DNA from: Amoebidium appalachense
Taxonomy: Eukaryota; Protista; Ichthyosporea
Direction: 5' to 3'
NCBI GenBank assembly: GCA_963693365.1
Contig: CAVNZM010000003.1
Location: forward strand, 6,703,448-6,767,447
Length of the DNA: 64,000 nt
The notes under the pieces were generated by a model, which saw nothing but the letters and a program-made list of their open reading frames with translations, did no database searches and was not told where the DNA came from. Shown in pieces: positions 1 to 64,000 of this stretch. Made by a program: the position numbers and the translations under genes. How positions within the stretch are numbered: the stretch's first letter is position 1; every line of letters starts with the position of its first letter.

Positions 1-33
<33 letters not shown>

Positions 34-44
34 CCTTCTTGCAG

Positions 45-32721
<32,677 letters not shown>

Positions 32722-33251
32722 CTACACCTTTGACCGAGATTCTCTTTGTCAGTGAGTGGGTAGAACGCATCTGCTTCGAATGATTCTGAATGACATGTTT
32801 ATGTGAAACGTATTGCGTTGTTAATGTTTATGTCGCCATTTAGAGACACAGTACCTAAGTACATGTTAGTGCCTGAATATATGATTTGCTTTGCCTTTAA
32901 ATGGGCAAATATTATTTATAGAAAGTTCGTGATCGTCTCATTGGGAACCCTGGATGGAATGCCAACATAGACGTTACATTATGAATGAATGAAGAAGGTT
33001 TCTTTGGTTACCAACACTACCTGCGTAAACTCATGGAATATATACGAAGTACATTAGCAGCGTATAGATATTTGCTATGCATCCAGCCCCCGTTGTTCTA
33101 TAAGGGATTCTTATAAAGATAATAAAGTGGTCGAAATTCGAGCAATGACCAACAGAGCCCATTGTTCATTAGAGTGCCGGTGGCCTCGTTTTTGTGACGC
33201 TTTGCAATTGTCTGGCTTTGGTGTCTCCTCCATATTTCCATTCTATTAATG

Positions 33252-33282
<31 letters not shown>

Positions 33283-33391
33283 CCTCCCGCCGTTTTAGTT
33301 TGGTGTGTTTCAAAAGGATCGTCGATATAGAACGGGAAAGTGGGGAATGCTAGCTGCTGCTCCTTCCCCTCGTCGTGTCTAGGTGGTGTTT

Positions 33392-33422
<31 letters not shown>

Positions 33423-33424
33423 GT

Positions 33425-33478
<54 letters not shown>

Positions 33479-34375
33479 TATATATGTTTGTGCTGTTTAT
33501 CAATTATTAGCGACATGTTTGTGGGCTGTAACGAGCACCCAGGCCAAGAGATTGGCCCAACAATATAAATAGCGACGTTACAACGGTTACAGTCGGTATC
33601 TTGTTGGGTGGAAGTACTGTTGGCCTTGGGCCTTACAATTCATCACAGCTCGCCTACATGTCGTTAATAAACAGTCCCCCCCCTCCCCAGCCTGTTCGAA
33701 TCACGAGACCCACTGCAGCCAATTCAGGAATTTACACCCTGTGAGCACTCCGAGGTCCAGCCCTGGCGCCCACGATGATTTATTTATTTCCTACACATGT
33801 GCGCCTTGCACCATACATGTGGTGTGCTGTTATCTTTCACACTGTTCATTCAACGTCAAAAATGAAAACACAAAAAGAGATATTGCCATCATTCGGCATC
33901 GCTCCTCCTAGCTATCCATCCCCCCCCCCCCCCCTCTCTTTTCTGGCGAACATACGCAATTTATTAATGCACGTGCATAACACACTTATCTATACCCTTT
34001 CACACACACCAAACTCTAATCACAAGCGATTTGATGTCTCCATATGTGAAATTTCCTCTCAGCAACTTCAACATTTTATAATGGATGGTTTGGCAAGCGG
34101 CAAGCGGAATCATTAAAAACTAGGAGGAAATAAGGCCAAAAAAATCGTAATGAAACCAAAAAAGCCTCAGTCAAAACCTAAAAAGTTATGCTAGTATTCA
34201 TAACCGAGATATAGCTCCTGAAATTCATATTCCCAGACCGAGATCACCATGAATAACATAAAGCCGCAATGATCATAGCCACAACCACGATAGCCATAAT
34301 ATTCATATTCAAAATCGAGAAAAACCATAATAATCCACCAACCACCAGGTCAAATTACATTTTAATTTTTAATTT

Positions 34376-41198
<6,823 letters not shown>

Positions 41199-41379
41199 GG
41201 CTGCAGTATGAACCGACCTGTGCACACACCCGTCAGAACAATATTCCAGAGCCGCTGAAAAAAGAACGAGCCTTCAAGAGGCAAGAAAAGGGCTTTCTGT
41301 GTGAATACGTTACAAAGAACTATGGTTGTCGCTTGTGGTAAGGATGTTCGAAAAGAAAAGGCTGAAACAAAGGAAAGAA

Positions 41380-41990
41380 ACTCACCCGGACTGACTGTGT
41401 GATGACTGACTGGCTCGTACCGGCCTTATATGCTCGGCATCGTGTGTGACCTGAGTCAGTGCAAAAGCCTTGGTGGCAATAAGGGACGGTGATCTGAGTC
41501 AGGACTTGGCTTCAACGCAAATGAATCGATGTTCATAAATATTAATAGTAATAAAATTCTCTAAAAGTTTATATGCAGCAATAGCTATTGATAAACCTAC
41601 AGTACATAGAAAAAATACGAATCTTGAACTTCAAATGAGCGGGTTGCGCCTCATGAAGGTGAATCCTCATTCTATTTTACCCCTTTCTCATCCTTCGTTT
41701 AATTGGCAGAAACAAAATCTGAGCCGGTGAGAGCGCGACCAATCAGCATCCGATAGACACATAGGTAAGCAAATGACTACATGACCTTTACCTAACAAAC
41801 TGTTTTATAAATTTGTTTAAATGGGATCTGGACGAATGCGTGAGTTTACTACGCTTTAAAACAGATCAGGAAATGCCACTTCGGCAGTTATCAGATGCCA
41901 TCGGATTTGTCACAAACAGGTTTTGACCGGATCATCGCTCGTCACTCTCACACGTCTGTCATCTGTCAGTCTGTCTGCAGCAGTGCAGGG
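41380..41990. promoter_or_regulatory. ARG8 promoter / probable bidirectional promoter; ARG8 5'-UTR intron ~41385-41218
   Basis: Microsatellite-free region; minus-strand TATAAG at ~41425-41430 followed by TCAGTC initiator-like repeats and a GTGAGT donor; CCAAT at ~41739; plus-strand TCAGTC and GAAG|GTATGT at ~41995. Confidence 0.5.
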
Positions 41991-43060
41991 TGAAGGTATG
42001 TCAGTACTTTTCTTGTAAATAATAGCGAGTCGATGCTCGGAGAGCTATGCCGTGTTTAAGGCTATAAGGCTGGGTGAATATATTGTGAGCGTATTTGCAT
42101 AATGCAGCGGTACATAAGTGTACGTGGTGTGGTCCCCTCTGAATCTCTCTCCACTACCTCATAGGTTTGTCAGGGAAGGCGGCAGTGTGAAGGGAGCACA
42201 ACAGGTCGCTGGTTACGTCCTTGCGATGGTTTTCCATATAAAGTAGAAAGTGTTAGAACCATTGGTGGGGGGCTCTGGGCAGTAACTACTACATGGCTAT
42301 GCTGATGCTACGAGCTGGGAACCAGGAATGAAATTAGACGATTGGTTGTCGTTATTTGTCCTTACGATTGTGTATATTTGGTGGGGCCTAGGGTGTGTGG
42401 GTAGGCTGGTGGTTAAGTGGGTGGATAGTTAGGTGGGTCGATGGGTTTTGGGGTATTGCTATAATATATGATGTATGTAGCCTACGCTTGCTTCCTTTCC
42501 CTAAGAGCCCCGTGCCTGCCTGCAGCGTAGATGAACAGTGTGCTGAGATCGCCCGTGTATGCGTGTGCGTGTGTGCAGAACAGTGTGCTGAGATCGCCCG
42601 TGTGTGCGTGTGCGTGTGTGCGTGTGCCGAGACCCAGAGATCAGTAACGGGTTGTGTGTGGGGAACGTCGACGGATGCCTGCATGTATCATACTGTGGCT
42701 TGAACCTGCAGCACCACCAGTAGCATTTCTTGTGCGCACGCTCACACACACTCCCAGTCACGTGTGGTGCATAAAGGACACATAAATAAACCGTTTAGTG
42801 TTTATTTACTCTAACGATTTCCCCCCCATCCCAGCCCCTCCCCCTCGGTAAGACTCTCTCTGCTTATCCCTTTTTTCATCCCACCGCCCCTCCATTCTGC
42901 CTCATGTCCTTCTGTAAGAGTTTGGGCATTACGGTGGGTGGGTACCGGTGGTGGGTGCCACTGGTTGTCCTTTTTTTTTAAATAAAATCTGGTGCGTAGG
43001 AGCTGGAGAAAGATTGACGAAAGGGTGGGTGGGTGAGGTGGGTAGGGAGGTTGGCTGTGT

Positions 43061-43091
<31 letters not shown>

Positions 43092-44369
43092 GGGGGGGGG
43101 AGGGGGGAGTGGTTCGGGTTTGGGTGTGGGCATGTACTCGTGTGTGTTTGGTGGGGGGGGGGGGGGGGGGGGGGGGGGGGGGCTAAGCAAAAGACCTTCG
43201 TAATTTGTATATATGTATATTTTCCCATCATTTCCATTTTCGTTTAAACTCTTTGGTTCCTAGGACCTGTGTCTTTTGACAGACAAAAATAACGCGCAAG
43301 GAGTCATGCGTATACGGTTGCAAGCCTTCATTGTTGATAACAGGGGCTCCTCCCAAGCTCCGGCTATTCACATGTACGTGTGGGCAGGGTATGGCTACAC
43401 ACACGTACGTGTGGCCATGCATGGCATCATCGACGGCCGCGGGGGATGGCATGCAATATATCACATAAAATCTGTTCCGAATTCGAAGCTGGTGGTCCAT
43501 GCTCTGGCCAGTCTATTGCACAGAAACAGGGTGTCATGCAGTGCACGGCCGCCCTCGTGCACACACTTGATGTCCCCAGTGTCCCCACCTGAAAAAGAAG
43601 TTACCGAAGTGTGTGTGTGTGTACCATGTCACGAGGATGGGGTGGGAGCGGCCGGAGAGCCTGGCGCCGCGGCCGGGTGGCCTGGGGTGGGCCGACGTGA
43701 CGACCAGCGCCAGATCGGTGGTCTCTGGAGTTTATTTGAGCGGCATCGCTATACGTAACAGAAGTTCCTGATCTACGACCAATCGCAATCTAGAATGTGA
43801 CTGAATCAATTTTTGTGGCTCACGGATTACGTAATCATCAGCACATGACCCAATCGAGCAAAACACGCAATCACCCTGAGTAACCGTTTTTGAGCCGCCG
43901 GGCGCCGGCATGATCCTTCACGCGCGCAGACTTCGGTACTTTTCACTAGTAAACCCCCCTTGAAAATTGGCACAAACGTTTTTTTCACTAATTAGTAAAC
44001 CTTTAGAGTGTTGGTTTCAGGCAGCTGCAGTCAGACGGTCAGACTGTCAGAGTCCGCTCATGCTTGGAAAACAGGTTCTCGCCTATTTGATGAAGTATTG
44101 ACATAAGCGGGCACCATAAGCGTTTTCTTTCGCAGTCAAACCCCCCTTCCCCCTTCCCTTCCCATTAGGCATACTCGTATGTAGTATGTCGCAATAATCA
44201 TAATACAACCAGAGAGTGGTAGGAGTCCCTATATGTTCGGGGCCAGGGGGGGGGGGGGGGGGGGGGGGGGGGAAGCGTGAGGCGAGGGAGGGGGGGGGGG
44301 GGGGGGGGGGGGGGGGAGAGGGGAGAAGGAGGTAACAACCACACAACCCAACATCAATAACTGTCTCGT

Positions 44370-44547
44370 TATGTTTTGGCGCCGGCGACAGCCGGCGCAC
44401 AGACCTACTTGTATGTTCCTACTTTTGAGTGTCCGTCCGCCCCTAAGATCGTCCACTGCTAAGATTCCATATACGCCGATTTTGCCAAAAACTTTAGATT
44501 CCGTATACGAGCCCATTTTCGGGATAATCTTAGAGCAAAAAGATCCC

Positions 44548-44578
<31 letters not shown>

Positions 44579-44711
44579 ACACGTGTGTGTGTGTGTGTGT
44601 GTGTGTGCACAAATACAGGTTTTGAAACGGGCTCTCAAAGATTCCATCCCTCTCTCCATCTCTCTCTCTAGAGATCTCTCACTCTCGAGCTCTCTCTCCC
44701 CCCCCCCCCCT

Positions 44712-44752
<41 letters not shown>

Positions 44753-44839
44753 AAAAAAATTAAAAAAAAAGGTCACCCGACCACTGTGGCACTCACCCCC
44801 ACTTATCATATATATACATATATATAGTGGCCAGAGCAG

Positions 44840-44891
<52 letters not shown>

Positions 44892-45129
44892 TCCCCCCCC
44901 CCCCCAAGATCATGGGTACGACCGGTCGTCTCCGGCCTGATTGCCCTAAGATTCCGTCTACATCCCCCCCAAAACCGTAGAATCTTAATTAAGCTTATAT
45001 TAGGCGCGGGCGCAAATTTTAAAGTGTAAGTTGTTTTACTGATACCTACTATGTAGTATACTTTTCATTCATGATAAAAATACGTACTCTTCAAAGTCCA
45101 CGTTCGTGCACACCGTATTTTTTAGCATA

Positions 45130-45162
<33 letters not shown>

Positions 45163-45345
45163 CCCCTCCCCCCCCCCCCCTCCCCCCCCCCCCCAGAGGA
45201 ACTTTACTAGTACTATTGACTTAAAGTAGCGACGGGAGAGCTTCCCAGAACCCCTTCTCCTGCTGCTGCAGCTTCTATTCATATTTTCTTGCTCTTTGCT
45301 TATCGGCACTGCAACCATATCCCCGGCCCTTCCCCCTGCGCTATC
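44370..45345 (+). mobile_element. Diverged relative of the 5' half of family A, fragmented by poly-C
   Basis: 45205-45340 aligns with 12172-12295 (GACTTA..GTA.CGACGGG.GAGCTTCC.AGAA.CCC..CTCCTG...ATATTTTCTTGCT...CTGCAAC...CCCCGGCC); perfect hairpin GCGCCGGC-GACA-GCCGGCGC near 44379-44398. Confidence 0.6.
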
Positions 45346-45835
45346 TCTAGATCTTGCTTATGTCGAAGATGCATAATATATGTGCTTGGGATCACGGTTG
45401 GAGTCAGGGAAGGGATCCGTCGGGGCGTAGGCTGGGGTGGAGACGTGGCGGTTATGGTGGTAAGGCCTAGCTAGGGGCCAAGGGTATGTGGGCTCGGGGG
45501 GGGCGGTGGGGGGAAGAGGAGGCGGGGAGTATAGAGCCTCAGGGGGAAACTTTCAAGTCAAGAAGGGTGGGAAGGGGGTGGGAAGGGGGGGGAGGCGGGG
45601 AGTAGGGAAGGGGGCGAAACGTTCAAGGATCAAGGGTGGGGAGGGGGGGGGGGGGGGTGGGGGGGTAGTAGGGTATGTATTTAGTGCCAATGGGGAAGAA
45701 AACAAGAAGGCCCCCCGAGGGGGGGAGAGGGGGGGGAGGGGGGGGGGGGTTAGTTTAAGGGAGGGGGTGGCGGGGTGGGGGGGAATGGGGTGGCGGGGTG
45801 TGTGTCTATGTTTGTACGTGCACGTGTGTGTGTGT

Positions 45836-45879
<44 letters not shown>

Positions 45880-46576
45880 GGCTCTTCGCTTGCATTTGGT
45901 GTCTGTGTCCGTTACAACCACCATCTTACTGCACAACTTTGTGGTCGACTGCCCGGCGATGGGCATGACCCTTGTGTTGACGATTCATCATCGGCAGCTG
46001 CGCCTGCTTTTGCTTTGCAACCAATCACAAATGCTTTTTAAATTTGTGTTTGTGTTTACATATACTCGACATCAAGCTCACTATATTATGGTTACAGACA
46101 TCAAGGTACGTACATATCATAACAACCCTACTACGGAAACTTTTACGGATAGAGATGTATTCATACATCTGCTTTTCACTTTCGTGTCCTTTGCTTGCTC
46201 TTTTTTCTTTGGTGGTGCACAAACCGGCTCACCGGAAAAGCCCCGTTGATCGTATCCAATCAGAGCGACGCTAAGCTGGAACAAGCTGATCCAGAGACAA
46301 GGGTGCATTTGGGCCCGGGGGACGGTCACCCCATAGTATGTACTGTGAGCGAAGAGTCATGTATACACTGCCTTTTTGAACTCAATAAACAAAAAAAATT
46401 CACAAATGCGCATAGATTTTGTGGAGATACATAGGCCTATATATTGCTGCTTGTTGAAGCGACACTCCCATATGCGCCGTGCGTTTGGCTTTATAAAGAG
46501 AACAATGGAAATATGCGCCTTCCATTGCTCTTAATGCACTTGATTGGTCCACGTTGTGAGCCCGGGAAGGCTTTCC

Positions 46577-47889
<1,313 letters not shown>

Positions 47890-47897
47890 GGCTTTTC

Positions 47898-48071
47898 AGC
47901 CACTGCTCGCAAATAAACCAATCAAAACGTTTTTCCAAAAATCGCCGCACTATATAAAGCTCGGCTTGGTGCCACTTGCGGGCAGATTCACAGAAGCAAA
48001 GGCCTGAGCGAAACAACAACCAACCCTCCTCTCTCGCCCACCTTTCTCTGTCCTTTATATTCGCCACCATG
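47898..48071 (+). promoter_or_regulatory. Pol II promoter-like segment: CCAAT, TATATAAA, Kozak GCCACCATG
   Basis: CCAAT ~47918, TATATAAA 47951-47958, GCCACCATG 48063-48071. Confidence 0.5.
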
Positions 48072-48725
48072 CAGTCCTACTATGTGTGCAGTGAATACGC
48101 TGACTGCGAAGAGTATGCCGCAGCAACCGAGGCACACACACAGTAAAACCATGGCGCCAACATGCCAAACGGAAAGCTTCGACCCGCCGCCAAAGGTGAA
48201 CTTCCCCACGACACTTGATTGAAACTTCCGGCGCTTCCGTGAGGATTTCCGTTGGCCTTGTAACGGTTCAATTCGTCACCCACTACCACGAAGATTTTGA
48301 AACGACATATCTGCACCGAGCAGTTTTTTTTTTTTTTTTTTTTTTTTTTTTCCCCTGTACAGAAACCAAAATTACTACGGTACGTATACGTAGTGACTGG
48401 CTTCATGCAAACCGGGTACGCAGCAGGTGAAATGGCGCATACACAAGGGCTCGGAATATTTACACATATACGTACGCCCAAACATTATTTATAAACGGCA
48501 GTGCATTTGAAACGTAATAAAATGAAGAATGTAGACATTGTTTGGTATGTGAAGCTTGCATGAAGAATTCGAAGGCTTGGCTGGCAATTTCGCCTTCGAA
48601 TTCTGAGTCAGACTCACTAGCCTGAAATGCACCTCGCTCGAGACTGTTGTCTTCGGAACATAAACCATTTTTCGGGGGCACGTTGGCATAATGCACTAGC
48701 TGGATTCATGGTAAAGCCGGTGGAA

Positions 48726-48757
<32 letters not shown>

Positions 48758-49013
48758 TGGGGCTGCCTCCAGGGGCAGAAGACCCGTGCACATATTTCCA
48801 CTCTATTATGGTCATTCATACATTTGAAGGTGCCCTAGAGTCTGACTTATCCCTAAAAGAACTTAAAAACCTTGCGGCAGAGTTTACACATTCGTTATTG
48901 AATTTTGCTCTATCACCTCCAATTACATTGGTATGCCCCTACACCACTTTCATCTCCATCACCACAAACACACAATCTCGCACGGGCGTGCAGTGCCACA
49001 CACGCGCGCGCAT

Positions 49014-49175
<162 letters not shown>

Positions 49176-49491
49176 GCACCCACCCACCCACCCACCCACA
49201 CATACACACACACACACAGCACACACACCCAACAGCCCCACCCCATCACCACCACAACCATTCCCAAACATCGATTCCATCCCACCACCACATCAATGTC
49301 ACTCTTTCCACGCCAGCAGTACACCCGCATCAAATCAAACATCACATTTTGATTTATGAGCCATTCATTCACACATACATTATCAATCACACACTACCAC
49401 CTACTCGTAGTCTAGCAATTTGTATCCCCCCCCCCCTCCGTCCCTCCTCCCCCACCTTTTTTTCTTTTCTTTTTCTTTTTTTTTTTCCATT

Positions 49492-59934
<10,443 letters not shown>

Positions 59935-59939
59935 GTTTG

Positions 59940-60520
59940 GTAGTTCGGCTCGTAAAAGGAAATTCAAACAGCAAAGGTCGCTGCAAACTGGCTGGCCCAC
60001 TTGGTTCCTTCTGTCCTTGTCTTTGCTTTATGCTAAAGCTATTTCTAATGAGGCAGGATACTCTAAACAAAACGCGGTCGAGTTATGAAAAACGCACTGC
60101 TTGCGAGCTCTTTTTTTTCTGCGTTCATCTGCAGCTGCGTCTGGCACGTACTGACGGTGCCTGGGCTGCTTTGAACTTGCCGTTCGCCTCACACCCATAT
60201 TTTTCTTACACTCTCGCGACCGCGTGCATGCTTTCTCTCGCGGCGGCTCTACGGTCCCGAGAGTCCAGTGTTCGCTGTGTGTGTAAGGAAAAATACGAGT
60301 CACCTCAGTAGGTGACAGCTCAGCAGCTGCGTTCAGCAAAATCCCTTCGGGACGTGTTTCGCACCCTGTAACACATTTGAAGCCCCGTTTTGCGCAAACG
60401 GAAATCACAAATGGCTTATGCTCATTGGTAGTTGCTGAGTTTTGACGCCAAAAAAGGGTATATAAAGAAGCCATCGTCGACTCGAGGCCAGGGCCGGGAA
60501 GCCAGCTGCGGGAGAGAAAG
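59940..60520. promoter_or_regulatory. Divergent promoter region between GTF2H2 and WDR48
   Basis: Head-to-head genes; repeat-free and CpG-rich; TATATAAA at ~60459, ATTGG at ~60424. Confidence 0.55.
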
Positions 60521-60914
60521 GCAGTTTTCTAATATATATTCCTACTTTTTTTATTGTTTTATATATTTCGGGAAGCCTGATGTTTGATGTTTTAAAGATA
60601 TTTTTGCTGGTCTGAAGGAGGTAGTGTTAACGTTAGCGCGGGGATCTATGGCAGAAAGCGGCTGGTAGGGTGAGTGGGGTGGGACAAGCAGCAATGCCGA
60701 CTAGGGGAAGACTAAGAGCACCTCAAAGGTAAGCGCATGTTGCATCTGTATCTCCCTTTTTCATGGCTTCTGCTTGAAGAAACAGAGGGGAAGGATATGT
60801 GGGGATGAAAATGATGGTGTAAGATGAAAGGTTTCGAAAATTTAGAGGCGGTAAGTATGGTAGGGTAGGGATGGGATGGGTGTTTTTTTTTTTTCTTACG
60901 GGGGAGGGGGGGGG

Positions 60915-60956
<42 letters not shown>

Positions 60957-61483
60957 GATGACGGGATTGTGTGGAAAGTTGTAGGAGGAGCTGGTGGTTG
61001 CTCAAGAAAATATCAAGAGCCCTGAAACTCAGAGGCAGGGTTTGGGTGGCGATGAATTGCGGAGTAGACTGGTGAAGGGGATGGTTTAGGGTGGGCCGGA
61101 AACCGAGTGTGCACATGATCTGGTGAAGCAAGACATGAAGGTGGAGTGCATTTGATTACATAAAGCAAATAGGGCATGGCCGTTAGGAGCACACAGTAAT
61201 ATAGAGCAAGTAGGGCATAAGGGGGTGAATAGGAGTGTTGGAGTGGGGAGTGTACGGATATAAGGGGTGCTCTGCTTGTGACTCTGGTTTCGCCCGTTAT
61301 ACAACCCACTTTGCTTTGCACCCGTCCCTGTGTGCCTCGTTATATATTTTACATGCACCCGACATTCAAGGTACGAGTGAGTAACCATTTTCACCTGTGC
61401 AACGAGAGATGGGTTATGAAGGGGATGCATGGTTGGACAAGAACATGAGAGCTCTTGTTCACATTTGGGTGGGGTAGGGCGCA

Positions 61484-63610
<2,127 letters not shown>

Positions 63611-63680
63611 GTATGTACGAGCTGTGTGTGTGGGTGTGTGTTGGGGAGGGGGGGGGGGGGGGGGGGGGATGGGGGTGGAG

Positions 63681-63711
<31 letters not shown>

Positions 63712-63743
63712 GGGATGGGGGTGGAGGGGTGTGTGTGTGGGTC

Positions 63744-63801
<58 letters not shown>

Positions 63802-64000
63802 TGGAGGGGGGGGAAGAGGAGGAGGGGAAAAGGGGGGTGGGTGAGTGGGTGTGTGTGTGTGGGGGGGGGGGGGGGGGGGGGGGGGGAAGGGGGGGGAGAG
63901 GGGCGCGACATGGGTGTGAAGGAAGGGGGAGGGTGCCCGGAGAGGGGGGGGGGGGGGGGGGGCATGGGTGTGGAACAGAGGGGGGAGGTCGGAGGGGGAG

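Overview
Intron-rich eukaryotic DNA, not prokaryotic. The host is probably a unicellular opisthokont or holozoan (inference from animal-like RIC1 and WDR48 alongside an arginine-biosynthesis enzyme). Almost all ORFs in the supplied track are artefacts of poly-C/G, (CA)n/(GT)n and (GA)n tracts. Splicing short exons by hand gives four real genes: RIC1 (+, 5' end outside the window, ~40 exons, 45-32721), acetylornithine aminotransferase ArgD/ARG8 (-, 41198-34376), TFIIH p44/Ssl1/GTF2H2 (-, 59934-49492) and WDR48/UAF1 (+, from 61484, runs off the end). The introns carry a 5'-truncated Penelope-like reverse transcriptase and about 18 copies of poly-C-terminated non-coding repeats. Every intronic copy I found is in the host gene's sense orientation, and the longest has a covarying, pseudoknot-capable RNA core. 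A non-autonomous hAT-like element sits between two divergent TATA/CCAAT promoters. Splice-site architecture is unusual: donors followed at once by C-runs, acceptors made of (CA)n-G or poly-A-G, one GC donor, one apparent CG acceptor, and several minisatellites that are tandem copies of a splice site. All homology calls are from motif recognition by eye with no database search. Homopolymer lengths may be inflated by sequencing error.
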